Source: Octopus bimaculoides
Lineage: Eukaryota
Length of the DNA stretch: 64,000 nucleotides
Reading direction: 5' to 3'
Assembly (NCBI RefSeq): GCF_001194135.2
Contig: NC_068989.1
Span: 67,119,589-67,183,588 of the forward strand
How positions within the stretch are numbered: position 1 is the stretch's first letter; every line of letters starts with the position of its first letter. The notes under the pieces were generated by a model. The model was given only the letters and a program-made list of their open reading frames with translations. It was not told the DNA's origin and searched no databases. A program made the position numbers and the translations under genes. Of the stretch, positions 1-11,986 are shown piece after piece.

Positions 1-228
1 AGCCGTTGCCAGTATCGCCTGACTGGCCTTCGTGCAGGTGACACGTAAAAGCACCTACTACACTCTCTGACTGGTTGGCGTTAGGAAGGGCATCCAGCTG
101 TAGAAACTCTGCCAAATTTAGATTGGAGCCTGGTGTTGCCATCCGGTTTCACCAGTCCTCAGTCAAGTCGTCCAACCCATGCTAGCATGGAAAGCGGACG
201 TTAAACGATGATGATGATGATGATGATT
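1..228 (+). mobile_element. 3' part of a (GAT)n-tailed SINE/RTE-tail retroposon
   Basis: Near-identical to 46020-46198 and 56294-56447; ends ccatgctagcatggaaagcggacgttaaac(gat)n. Many more copies, e.g. 4600-4805, 5170-5395, 16483-16735, 40378-40670, 54130-54375. Confidence 0.8.
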
Positions 229-342
229 CTAATAGGATACTATTTGGCTAACAGTAGTAGTGAAAACAATAGTGAACAAGCAAAAGGGAGGCAACTAAGC
301 CCAAACCACAGTCATAAATAAAATGAACTGTAGCACACCTAA

Positions 343-1751
343 TCTCTATATATAAAAGTGAAATGGCCAAAAGTTGTATGCTTGCGTGTCTCATTTAGCT
401 GTTACGCAGGGTTCGTTGGCAGTAGGCGTGCTCGGATGGCGGCGAAAATTTACAGGGACATGTAAAATGAAGCGAGGAAGCGACTGGACTAGATTAGAAA
501 TCATCTCAAAAGCTGTGGTTACTAGGGCAACAAAACCCAGACTTTGACAAGTGCTTGTTGTTTCTCTCTTTCAGATATCACCGTCTTCCTCGATCTCTCT
601 CTTTCCTCCCTTCCCTCCACTTTCTCTCTATAACGACGTTTGGCAGCTTCCACCTTCTTTCCCTCTCTGTCACTCTTTCTCCCACCCCGTCTCTCTCTTT
701 ATGTCTGTGTGTATTTATAGAGAGAATGCATTGACAGCCACAAAAGTTTAAATATTCCCGCCACAGGTCTTTTAGAATGGTGAATTATTATCGCCCACCA
801 CCACCACCACACAATCATGATAACATATTATTAATCAGATATTTGTGTTAATTTATATATATGTGTGTATATATATTATATATAAATATATATATGTGTA
901 TACAAATGTATGTGTGTGTGTATATATATATAATGTACTTATATATATTTAATGTGTATGTGTGCATATAATGTGTGCATATGTGGTCAGATTGAGCTGA
1001 AAATATGCACACCTATGTTAAAAGTGCTGGCGAGTTTGCTCAATTGAAAGGCATGGCCTCTAAGGCAAAATTCCTCATCTTTTAAAATGTGGCCCAAGTA
1101 GACCCAAATGAAATCGGGTTATAATAACCAAACAAATAAAACAATGAAAAACTATGCCATTTTAATCCCGAGCAAGGCCAGATATCTCTGTAAGTCTACT
1201 ACATATTTGTGAAAAGGGCAGACATTGTCTCACAAGCAGTTGTGCAGGCAAAAGTGTTAGTAAATGTGGTCGGATTGAGCTGAAAATTTGCACACCTATG
1301 TTCAAAGTGCTGGGGAGTTTGCATGGCAACTTTGAATTTGCTCAATTGAAAGGCAAAATTCCTCATCTTTTAAAATGTGACCTGTCTAGACCTGAATGAA
1401 ATTGGGTCATAATACCGAAACAAGTAAAACGATAATAAACTATTTTAATCCCAAGCAAAGTCAGGTATCTCTGCTATTCTAATATATATTTGTGAAAATG
1501 GCGGACGTTGTCTCACATGCAGTTGTGCAGGCAAAAGTGTTATTAAATGTGGTCGGATTGAGTTGAAAATTGGCACTTATTGAATTCCTCGACAGCCAAC
1601 TACATCCTGAACTTCTACCTCATGACCTTAGACTGAAGGTTGGTGTTCCAGTTATGCTGCTGAGAAACGTAGAACCACCAGAACTATGCAACGGTACGCA
1701 TCTGATCATCCAAAAAATTGAGACCTTAATTCTGATGACAACCTACGCCAG
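343..1751 (+). mobile_element. Helitron remnant: TC 5' end, ~283-bp tandem units and Pif1-helicase fragment
   Basis: A|TCTCTATATATAAAAGTG at 343; unit start atgtggtc(a/g)gattgag(c/t)tgaaaat at ~981, ~1265, ~1547; 1576-1751 encodes LPHDLRLKVGVPVMLLRNVEPPELCNGTHL, the Pif1 helicase motif typical of Helitron RepHel. Confidence 0.7.
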
Positions 1752-2857
1752 NNNNNNNNNNNNNNNNNNNNNNNNNNNNNNNNNNNNNNNNNNNNNNNNN
1801 NNNNNNNNNNNNNNNNNNNNNNNNNNNNNNNNNNNNNNNNNNNNNNNNNNNNNNNNNNNNNNNNNNNNNNNNNNNNNNNNNNNNNNNNNNNNNNNNNNNN
1901 NNNNNNNNNNNNNNNNNNNNNNNNNNNNNNNNNNNNNNNNNNNNNNNNNNNNNNNNNNNNNNNNNNNNNNNNNNNNNNNNNNNNNNNNNNNNNNNNNNNN
2001 NNNNNNNNNNNNNNNNNNNNNNNNNNNNNNNNNNNNNNNNNNNNNNNNNNNNNNNNNNNNNNNNNNNNNNNNNNNNNNNNNNNNNNNNNNNNNNNNNNNN
2101 NNNNNNNNNNNNNNNNNNNNNNNNNNNNNNNNNNNNNNNNNNNNNNNNNNNNNNNNNNNNNNNNNNNNNNNNNNNNNNNNNNNNNNNNNNNNNNNNNNNN
2201 NNNNNNNNNNNNNNNNNNNNNNNNNNNNNNNNNNNNNNNNNNNNNNNNNNNNNNNNNNNNNNNNNNNNNNNNNNNNNNNNNNNNNNNNNNNNNNNNNNNN
2301 NNNNNNNNNNNNNNNNNNNNNNNNNNNNNNNNNNNNNNNNNNNNNNNNNNNNNNNNNNNNNNNNNNNNNNNNNNNNNNNNNNNNNNNNNNNNNNNNNNNN
2401 NNNNNNNNNNNNNNNNNNNNNNNNNNNNNNNNNNNNNNNNNNNNNNNNNNNNNNNNNNNNNNNNNNNNNNNNNNNNNNNNNNNNNNNNNNNNNNNNNNNN
2501 NNNNNNNNNNNNNNNNNNNNNNNNNNNNNNNNNNNNNNNNNNNNNNNNNNNNNNNNNNNNNNNNNNNNNNNNNNNNNNNNNNNNNNNNNNNNNNNNNNNN
2601 NNNNNNNNNNNNNNNNNNNNNNNNNNNNNNNNNNNNNNNNNNNNNNNNNNNNNNNNNNNNNNNNNNNNNNNNNNNNNNNNNNNNNNNNNGTTCCAGTTAT
2701 GCTGCTGAGAAACGTAGAACCACCAGAACTATGCAACGGTACGCATCTGATCATCCAAAAAATTGAGACCTTAATTCTGATGACAACCTACGCCAGCATG
2801 CAAAATGAATGATAAATAATGATGGTATGATGATGAATTTTAAATAGAAAGCGCTAC

Positions 2858-3001
2858 CTGGAATTAGACTTTCTGAGATCATCTTGTTGAATTCCTGCTC
2901 TGAAAGTTTGGTTTTTTTAATCTCAGTTCTGATCGCTTCATCCCAAAGAGGAGATGTAGACAATTCTGGTGATGCTTCTATAGATTGGTCGAGTTCATGT
3001 G
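2858..3001 (-). CDS. POP1: POP1 coding exon 6 (last one visible; gene continues leftward)
   Basis: Acceptor ttttcaatattacag|CA, phase 1 matches previous exon; encodes SPLWDEAIRTEIKKTKLSEQEFNKMISESLIP(G), like the POP1 SPLW..K.S.Q..N...L.PG segment. Donor ccag|gtagcg at 2857 is only moderately strong. Confidence 0.75.
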
Positions 3002-3609
3002 CTGTAATATTGAAAAAAATTTTTTTTTTAAATGGCAAGACAAAGAGAAAAATGTCAACTGTGTAATAACTAAGCTTTATAGGCACAGGCATGGCTGAGT
3101 GTTTAAGGTGCTTGCTTACCAACCATGTGGCCTAGGGTTCAGTCCTGCCGTGTAACACCAGGGGTAAGTATCCTCAACTATAACCCCAAGCCTTACAAAG
3201 CTTTGTGAGTGAATTTGGTAGATAGGGACTGAAAGACGCCCATCACACACTTGCATGCGTGTGCTTCCTCATCTTGGTATTACATGAGAGTTTTATACAA
3301 GCATTACTGTCACACAAGTGATGTCATTCATTTCCAATCTCCCTTGAAAACATGTCTGATCATAGGGAAATATTACATTGCTTCAAAACTTACGAGGTTT
3401 GGAAACAGGAAAGGCATCCAGCCATCGAAAAATCTACCTCACTGAATTCTGTCTGCCCCATGAAAGCATGAAAAAGTGGATGTTACAACAATGATGATGA
3501 TGAAAGTCTATTTTCTATTATCTACTTCCAGCACAACATTACTATGTTCTGAAATGAAAAGTAGGTGCAAAACTCATTTTTTGCAAATTTAATAATCTTT
3601 AGTACATAC

Positions 3610-4377
3610 CTTCTAAACTGGGCTCTGCCCGTTGTTTCTTGTGTGGTAATCGGAATCTTGGGTCCATAACTGTCAAACCCAGTATCCAGTGCTGGGGCAA
3701 TTCTGTGGGTACATAAGCTTCACCTAGTCTCTGCCAAAGTTTCATTTTGGTTTCATGTGACATCAAACAATCTTCAGAATTAAAATAAGAGTGCCACCAA
3801 GGACTCTCTGGTGAGTCACTTGATGTTTTATTAATTGAACTCACACTAATAGCATTGCCTAAAACTTTCAATGTCAATGGTCCAGTTAAACGAAATCGAA
3901 CTAATTTGTCTTTCAAAGATTTCAAGAAGACTTGACTGGTATTGGTAGCTGATCCAGATGAATAACCATTTGAAAGTTTAGAAGAGACTTTCTCTTTAGT
4001 GCTTGTAGCATTCAGTGTCTGAGTGGCTCGATGAGGTTTGCTTGATGTTTTAATTTTTGGTGTATCCGATGTTTTATCAGTAACAGTCTCAAAGATCTTA
4101 TCTTCTGGGGTAGAAATAACATTTTGGAATACCTTTATGAGTTCCTGCCAAAGTAAAGTATAACAAGATGGATGGCACCACAGCCAGAGATATCGAATAT
4201 TCTCAGACTCTGCAGTATCACAAGGTTCTTGGCTTGAGATGCTGTCTTCTGTAGAAACAGGCTTCCAGAAGAATGTTACCAAACCAATAGCATCAAATGG
4301 GTATTGGTCATACTTGTATAAAACAATACTGCCTTCTCGGCTTCCATTCAAATAACATTTAGCACCAATACCAGGAC
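3610..4377 (-). CDS. POP1: POP1 coding exon 5 (768 nt)
   Basis: Acceptor tttctctttatag|GT, donor gaag|gtatgt, phase 1/1; GSREGSIVLYKYDQYPFDAIGLVTFFW, RYLWLWCHP, LVRFRLTGP and ILGLTVMDPRFRLP match the POP1 central region. Confidence 0.92.
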
Positions 4378-5467
4378 CTATAAAGAGAAATATGAATGGT
4401 AAAACCAATAAATATATCTGCATAAATTAGACTAAACGTATTTAGGAAATATCTAGTTTTTAATTATGCATGAACTGATATTTACAGCTGTATAAAGAAA
4501 TGCCAATCTCACAGAAGTGGTGATAAGTGACCGAGACTTTCGGTAATTTGCTGTGCTTGAGATGACATGTCAAACTAAGTGAAATTATAGCCAGTGCCAC
4601 CAATACATAAAAAACAACCATGCCAGTGACATGTAAAAGGCACTTGTTACAGTCTATGGAGTGGTTGGCATTAGGAAAGGCATCCAGCTGTAGAAACCAA
4701 GCTGAAACAGACACTTAGGTGCAGCTTTCTGGTTTACCAGTTCCAGTCAAATTGTCTAACCCATGCCAGCATCGAAAATGGAAGCTAAATGATGATGATG
4801 ATGATCTAACTTAAAAGCTTCCGGAAATTAATAAAAAGTTTTCCATTTTTCTCCTCTTAATCATACATAAAGTGAAAGAATCATATTGTATATGCATATA
4901 TGTGTGTGTGTGTGTGTGTGTAGATACCTCATCTTGAAATGGCATGATACAAGCAGTGTTGTTTGTTTCATTCTTCTGTGGAAGCATGCATTGATCGCGA
5001 GGAAATATTATTTTGTTTGGAAACAGTTGAGAGTTGACAACAGGAAAGGTATCTGGCTGTCAAAGATCTGTTTCAAAAAATTCTAACACAAGGAGGAGGA
5101 GGAGGTACTGTTTTGTTTACTAAATAGAATTCTAAAATTGATAGCACATAAAAAGCACTATCCAAATGTGATCGATGCCTGGACAGTCTGACTGGTTCCT
5201 GTGCCAGTGGCATGTAAAAAGCACCCACTACACTCTTGGAGTGGTTGGCATTAAGAATGGCATCCAGCTGTAGAAACATTGCCAGATCAGATTGGAGCCT
5301 GGTGCAGCCACTGGCTCTCTAGACCTCAGTCAAACCGTCCAACCCATGCCAGCATGGAAAACGGACATTAAATAATGACGATGATGATGATGATGTGCAT
5401 AATGCAAAGTTTAAAAGCCAGATAATCTTAAGTTAATAAATACTTCTAAAAATGTTACCAAACTTAC

Positions 5468-5555
5468 CTGTTGCAGGAGAAGAAAGATGAGAAAACCCAA
5501 GTGTTATCTCACTTTGAAGACCACTCACTTCAATGCAACAAAGAAAAGACACATC
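5468..5555 (-). CDS. POP1: POP1 coding exon 4 (88 nt)
   Basis: Acceptor atattttag|GAT, donor acag|gtaagt; DVSFLCCIEVSGLQSEITLGFSHLSSPAT(G), compare human DLSYYCCLELKG. Not in ORF track. Confidence 0.92.
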
Positions 5556-6227
5556 CTAAAATATGAGAGGTTGAAAAAGAGAGAAAAAAACCCCCAGAAA
5601 AATATTAATAAATCCACCACTACTTGTCTGAATAAATGTAGTTGTTAATAGTGTCAAAAACAATATATTGAAAGAGTAAATATGGAACTTATACATTTAG
5701 TAAAGAATAAACTATGAAAAAACAAGTTATAAATAATTTGAAGTTTACTTACAAGGTTTGAGTCAGCTGGAAGCAAGAGCAGAAGACACTTGCCCCAGGT
5801 GCCACACAGTGTAGGACTGAACACAAAGTTATGTGGTTGGGAGGCAGCCTTCTTAGCCACAAAGCTATTAGCTTTGGTGAGCTTCGGGCTATGGTAGAAG
5901 ACACTTGCCCAAGGTGCCACACNNNNNNNNNNNNNNNNNNNNNNNNNNNNNNNNNNNNNNNNNNNNNNNNNNNNNNNNNNNNNNNNNNNNNNNNNNNNNN
6001 NNAAGCTATGCCTATGCCAGTTGTGGATGTTAAAATAGTGAGGATCATCATCATTATCATCATGCTACCAATAAAATATCTAGAATTGATTTTTATCCTC
6101 ATTTAAACGTGGATGTTCAGTTAGAACAAACTACTGCAGTAGTTACCATGAGAAACTATCATATTAGCTTTTGGTGCACAATGCACTCTTGTTTATGTTT
6201 CAAATGTTTACCAAATGGTATACCAAC

Positions 6228-6470
6228 CTGTAATAAGCAATATTTCATAATAGAGTTGTAGGTCCTTCGATTAGTTTTGCAAGTGGGTTCCTTAGCTAAA
6301 TGGTATCCCCACTTTTTAGTCATATGAAAACGCTTGGCATGCCAAATGTGAGTTTCAAGCCAAACTTGTTTTCTTTTACGGCGATTATAGTCAGCTAGCA
6401 GATTATTTGTTTGTCTGCGATGCTTTCTCGATGGTGGTCGACGTAGGCGTTTATTCACCTGGTTCTCGTA
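6228..6470 (-). CDS. POP1: POP1 coding exon 3 (243 nt, POP1 signature)
   Basis: Acceptor ttttcattttag|TAC, donor cag|gttggt, phase 0/0; contains [20 protein letters not shown], the diagnostic POP1 motif, and ends YCLLQ. Confidence 0.95.
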
Positions 6471-6590
6471 CTAAAATGAAAATAATCAGTACAGGAAACT
6501 GGATTAATAAATCTATTATATATACAACATACTTAATCATATTGTATTTTAGGCAAAAAGCCAGTAATTTTTAAGTGAGGGATGTATATA

Positions 6591-6803
6591 TGAAGGGGTG
6601 TTGAAAACTTCCTGTCTTTGGGTAAAAGAAAATACAAGAAGATCAGTTAATTACGATTTTATTCAACATATTCCCCCCTCAGATTCACACTTATTGCAGT
6701 AGTCCTACAGTTTTTCTAAGCCCTGTAAAAAAAACTTGGAAGATTGGGCCTCCAGTCAGGTCTTTCATGATACCCTTAAAGCCAGGAACTTTACAGCACC
6801 CCA
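6591..6803. mobile_element. mariner-derived MITE
   Basis: TIR ggggtg(t/c)tgaaaa..cctg / gccaggaactttacagcacccc; same family as 7890-8106 and 22760-22968. Confidence 0.7.
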
Positions 6804-7429
6804 CTGGGTGGAACTGAGTGAGCACAAAACCACACGGTTGGTACTTAGCCATACAACCTTACCTTCGCCTATGAACAATTGATTTAGAAAACTAGATTAA
6901 TAAATCTATTATATATAATAACATTCTTAATCCTATTAAAGTATTACATAGGCATCCTTTGCTTAGCAGAAGCATTCAGTTCATGAAAATCTTTCTGTAC
7001 GGTGGCGTTTCATAACATATTTTCCAATGACTTACGTTTTTACTGACTTTCAAGAAACGTGCAATCAATGGAGAATAGCTTTCACTTTACAGAACGACAT
7101 GTTATAAGAAGATTTTTCAGGAGCACAATGATTCCACAATGCAGAAGATGCCAGCATTTGTATTAATTCATGTAATATGAATAAATATGTTGAACAGCAA
7201 GACTTACTGTTGGTAGAAATATTTTTAGCAATGCAAACATGAAATATGTCCCATTCCTGAGAAGAGTAATTTCTCTGAACCTGCCAAGTCCTCATCCATT
7301 TTCATCAAAGATGATGAAAACTGTAAACAACCACCACCCTCACACTTGAAGTTTTTATTTTGTGTCAGGTTTTTGAGTCAGCCCAATTTACACTGTCAGC
7401 AAGACAGAAACAAGTTTCTTATTTCTTTA

Positions 7430-7650
7430 TTGCCCACAAGGGGCTAAACATAGAGGGGACAAACAAGGACAGACAAAGGGATTAAATCGATTACATCAAC
7501 CCCAGTGTGCAACTGGTACTTAATTTATCGACCCTGAAAGGATGAAAGCAAAGTCGACCTCGGCGGAATTTGAACTCAGAACGTAACGGCAGACGAAATA
7601 CTGCTAAGCATTTCGTCCGGCGTGCTAACGTTTCTACTAGCTCGCTGCCT
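7430..7650 (-). mobile_element. tRNA-derived SINE with Nin/Deu-like central domain
   Basis: Minus strand has B-box-like gagttcaaattcc then gtcgactttgc..tttcatcctttc.gggtcgataaattaagtaccag; many copies (11215-11410, 24470-24890, 25640-25790, 31165-31530, 40160-40340). Confidence 0.7.
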
Positions 7651-7889
7651 TAACAGAAACAAGTTTCTATAGAAAGGGGAATTACCAGGGCAATAGGCAT
7701 CAAATTTTGGTTGCAACAAGCTGCCAAATACCTGTTATAATTGAAACCTATCTTAAAGTCATTTTTCTGTGTCAGAATAGGCTTCATAAACCACTATCAA
7801 CTAGACAGACACGAATTACTATGACAAAGAGAACTTCCAAGATGACAGGCATCGTATTTTAGTTACAGTGAGCTGCCAGATACCTCATA

Positions 7890-8106
7890 TGAGGGAGTGC
7901 TGAAATGTTCCTAGCTTTGGGTAAAAGAAAATACAGGAGGATCAGTTAATTATGATTTTATTCAACATATTCTCCTCACAGATGCACACACTTATTGCAG
8001 CTTTCCTTCAGTTTTTTAAAGCCCTGTAGAAAAACTCAGAAGGTTAGACCTCTAGCCAGGCCTTTCATAGTACCCTTAACACCAGGAACTTTTCAGCACC
8101 CCTTCG
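7890..8106. mobile_element. mariner-derived MITE with TA TSD
   Basis: ta|tgagggagtgctgaaatgttcc ... ggaacttttcagcaccccttcg|ta. Confidence 0.75.
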
Positions 8107-8430
8107 TATATGAATGTTTGTAAAAAATCAGTATAAATTGGTGCATCAAGTTATGTCCCTTTGTTTAAAATAACGTAACTTAGCCATTCAATATATAGAT
8201 ATCGATAAAATATATACAATGCTGAAATAAGTCGTAGGGTTGATTTAATTAACTAAAACCTTTGAGAGCACTTCACCAACAATGTTCCAGTCCCATGGCT
8301 AAACCCACTGGAAGACTACAAAATGGTCAGAGAGGTAATAACACTGATTATAGTAGGTCTGTCTGCTTGGCACTGACCATGGACAACATGACAACAACCA
8401 TTACACTACAAAAATATGGAGAACACAAAC

Positions 8431-8615
8431 CTGCTTTTTGACCAACTGCCGAAGACGCCGTGGCCAACGTCTGATATCATGACTCATGGCTCGTCTGTTC
8501 ATGTGTTTGGGTAGAGTCTCCAGTACCATTTTGTTCACTGTTTTAGTCTTGACATGAAGGTTTAAACTTGCAATTTCTTGAGCCCGAGTTTCAGCATATC
8601 GAACAATGTTCAAAC
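8431..8615 (-). CDS. POP1: POP1 coding exon 2 (185 nt)
   Basis: Acceptor ttttatatttctcag|GT, donor cag|gtttgt; RAQEI...ETLPKHMNRRAMSHDIRRWPRR matches POP1 [20 protein letters not shown]. Confidence 0.95.
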
Positions 8616-10100
8616 CTGAGAAATATAAAACAAATATTATTTCCGTCATTATCAGAATAATTGACAATGGTTTTGTAATTTAAGCACAAGGCTAATAATT
8701 TTTTAGGTTAAGGGTGTATATGTAATCTATACACAACCAGCTTCTTTCAGTTTCTGTCTGCCAAATCAACTCACATATTTTTGGTCAATCTGGAATTATA
8801 GAAGACACTTCTCCAAGGTACTACCCAGTGGGACTGAGCACAAAACCGCTTGGTGGTACTTAATAACACACCCATGACTTTAATAACACATCCATGCCTA
8901 TTAACTATAAAATTATTGAAGTGAAGTACAACCAGTGCCTGTGTTGACTGGCAGTATCACCTTCCCAAAGTACATCAGTTTCAATATACAGTTTCACATC
9001 AAAATTTTTTAAAATGACACATTTCAGTTACATACATTATACATATGTTTAAATACTAAATGTCCAGGAAAGCTGTTATATTTCTGATATAAGGGGTATT
9101 TTTATAATGTCCCATCATTAAACAATAGTTCATCAGAGTTCAAATGTGTTTGGAATGAGATAAATACCATTATCTATTTAAAGATGTTAAGCTAGCAGAA
9201 TTAAGAATAATAAGAAAAACTGCATTATAGCATTTGTTCTGGGTCTTTACATTCCGAGCTCAAATTCTGACACGGTCAACTTTGCCTTACAGGGTTGACA
9301 AAATAAAATGCCAGTCAAGCATCCTCCCCTGAAAATTGCTAGCCTTGTGCCTAAATTACAAGCCATCGTTATTATTCATTTAATCCTCTTCTTCTCAGTT
9401 GGAGAATCAGACCAGTTCTTAGTGACTCTCAGTGCTTTGCTTCATGTAAAATCCAGTTCTTTCTGCTTATCTTGAACTGTTGTATGCCATGTATTTTTTT
9501 TTTGCTTTCCAAATGGCATCCATCTTAATAGCATTTCTTTTGGCGCTTTATGTTCTGAGTTCAAATCTTGCTGAGGTCAACTTAGTTTTCCATCTTTTTG
9601 CAATCAATAAAATAAAATATCAGTCAAGTACTTGGGTTAAGGCTACCAACTTATCACCTCCCCTCAAAATTGCTAGCCTCATACCAAAATGAGAAAGAAT
9701 ATTATGAGGATAGTAAATTGACAGAATCAATAGTGCATCAGTTGAAATGCCTAACAACATTTCTACCAACCCAATACATACTGACAGCCTTGTCACACTG
9801 TATATCCCTGAGAACTACGTTAAGAGTACGTGTCTGTGGAGTGCTCAGCCACTTGCACGTTAATTTCACGAGCTGGCTGTTCCGTTGATCTGATCAATTG
9901 GAACCCTCGACGTCGTAAGCGACAGAGTGCCAACAATACATATTGAGTTCAAATATTATAGAAGTCAACTTCGCCTTTTGTTCTTTCTGGGTTGATAAAA
10001 TAAGGTACCAGTCAGGTATTGGGGCTGATGTATCATTTAACACTTTCCCTTCAAAATTGTTGGTCCTGTGCTAAAACTAGAAACCATTAATTATACTTAC

Positions 10101-10179
10101 TTGAAGGCAATACAAAATCTGATTGATTTCCTGCTTCAACATTAGAAAACTTTCTCTTCCTATCATTATTGTCACACAT
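10101..10179 (-). CDS. POP1: POP1 first coding exon (ATG at 10179; exon 10101-10196 including 17 nt of 5'UTR)
   Basis: Strong acceptor tttgtttgtttcag| at 10197 and donor caa|gtaagt at 10100; MCDNNDRKRKFSNVEAGNQSDFVLPS plus 1 nt gives the phase 1 needed by the next exon; in-frame TAG upstream of the ATG; RKRK is NLS-like. Confidence 0.8.
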
Positions 10180-10439
10180 TTTGATCAGCTATCTATCTGA
10201 AACAAACAAATAATAAAAACAATAATTCGAAATGTGAAAAAAAGTTACTAGAAACAAATAATAATGCAAAAAAAAAAAAAAACTGAACTTTCAAATGAAC
10301 TACTGTCTTCAGCATCAACAACCTGATGGAGGAAGACATATATACAGAGCTGGCTGGATATTTGCGGGTAAACTTCAGCAGGCCATAAACAGAAGTAGTC
10401 CTAACAAAAAGCACACCATGCACTATATTTCAACTTCCT

Positions 10440-10830
10440 TATTTCTCTTTCAGATGTAATGAGAGCATCAACATGGAACATCTCAATTTGATACAGGAAA
10501 TGAAACGGTTCAACATGCTTAAGGTCAACCACAGCAACTCATAGACTGCAAGCTTCTTGAATATAGCAAGATCCTTTATACTTCAGATCAAGAAAGAGCT
10601 GGAGACCTCCAACAAAGCTGTATCATCCGTGGCCTAAAGAAAGAAACATTTACAATAATCAGATGTTGTTAATATGGCTGAAATTGTCCAGTAGGGCAGG
10701 TAAAAATCATTAATGACAACCCCAAAGGGTTGACGAGGACCATCAACAAGCATCTTAAGGTGGAACAGTCTGCTATTACGCTTCAGGGCATGAGGACATC
10801 AACAAGTATTATGTGATGAGAAGAGTTCAG
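10440..10830 (+). mobile_element. Degraded Tc1/mariner transposase 5' fragment
   Basis: Broken frames give KVNHSNS.. and KIINDNPKGLTRTINKHLKVEQSAI, resembling mariner-like HTH regions. Confidence 0.5.
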
Positions 10831-11609
10831 TTCATGAATAGCAAGACCTAGATGTGTGTGATTATGTGACATTCTTCCATCACCACCCCAGCATCATGGA
10901 CATCCATACTTTGAATCCCTCGGACTGCTACATTTGACGTGTCATTGGCAATGGAATGAACGGGTAGGTGTTCCTGCACTCCTCTCGCCCTACGGTTCAC
11001 AGGATTCTTTGAGGGCTGCCATGGTGAGCGAAACCAGCTGATTATTAACATATAATTGCTCCCATAGCCCCGTCAGCACAACTACTGAGGTTGAGAGTGG
11101 TTTTGTTGAATGGTCTATTTCTAGTTGAATACATGCCATTTTGACTGAGAATTTTTTTTTCTACTTTGTTTCTTTGTTTTGTTTTGGAGTGGCCAGATAC
11201 ACCTTGCATAATGCACAAGGGGCTAAACAAGGACAGACAAAGGGATTAAGTTGATTACATCGGCCCCAGTGAGTAACTGGTACTTAATTTATCGACCCTG
11301 AAAGGATGAAAGGCAAAGTCGACCTTAGCAGAGTTTGAACTCAGAACGTAACGGCAAATAAAATACCGCTAAGCATTTCGCCCGGTATGCTAACATTACT
11401 GCCAGCTCGCCGTTTTGTATAATATTTCTGACAGCATTACCAAGAGAATAGTTTAAACCAAGCATGCACAACTCTTTTCAAGAAGCAGACCTCATGAGTC
11501 AGGGCTCATCATTAGGTGGGCCACACTACTAAAAAAAAAAATGGCAATTTTTCGTTTGGTATGCTACTGAAAGACTGCGGGCCGCAGTTTACCCAAGACT
11601 AGTTTAAAC

Positions 11610-11773
11610 CAGTGCTCTGCAACTAGTATACCACGGCACACTGGTGTGCCACAGTGTAACCTGAATATAATTTTTTTCCCTATACTTTTAGTTATATTTT
11701 TAGTTCAGGTGTGCTACCGAATTTTGAAACGAATATAAGTGTACCGCAAGTGAAAAAAGGTTGTAGAGCACTG
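11610..11773. mobile_element. hAT MITE (164 bp)
   Basis: TIR cagtgctctgcaac / gttgtagagcactg; perfect 8-bp TSD GTTTAAAC at 11602-11609 and 11774-11781. Confidence 0.88.
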
Positions 11774-11798
11774 GTTTAAACAGACAGCTCAAAATAAA

Positions 11799-11986
11799 GG
11801 TAATTTTTCAGATTAACACCCGCACGATCTTCACAAGGGTGTTAGGGTGAGGGTTTTAGGGTTAGTTTTAGGGTTGGGTTAGGCTTAGAGGTTACGGTTA
11901 GGGTTTTAGGGTTTGGGTTATGGAATTCCGTCCCTAACCGTAACCCCCTATTGAAGATCGTGCGGGTGTTAATCTGAAAAATTACC
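11799..11986. mobile_element. MITE with 35-bp perfect TIR and internal telomere-like repeats (Merlin-like)
   Basis: ggtaatttttcagattaacacccgcacgatcttca and its exact reverse complement; 8-bp TSD AAAATAAA; interior of degenerate TTAGGG units. Confidence 0.88.

Noticed and set aside
981-1570. CRISPR-like array from regularly spaced repeats (also 22125-22200, 52885-53760)
   Set aside because: Whole units are repeated with no unique spacers, there are no cas genes and the context is eukaryotic.
1570-2766. Long ORFs crossing N-gaps (also 5749-6106, 40821-41245, 45025-46132, 49528-50103)
   Set aside because: Their length comes from runs of N translated as X; only the 1576-1751 Pif1 fragment is real coding-like sequence.
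2751-2857. In-frame continuation of the POP1 ORF (SAFYLKFIIIPSLFII...)
   Set aside because: It runs into (GAT)n SINE-tail-like sequence and then the Helitron duplicate, with no POP1 similarity; a donor at 2857 is more plausible.
6458-6470. Alternative in-frame acceptor ccag| at 6459 for POP1 exon 3
   Set aside because: It lacks a pyrimidine tract, whereas ttttcattttag 12 nt upstream has one; not excluded as a minor form.
11835-11950. True or interstitial telomere from a chromosome fusion
   Set aside because: The repeats are degenerate and enclosed by transposon TIRs and a TSD.
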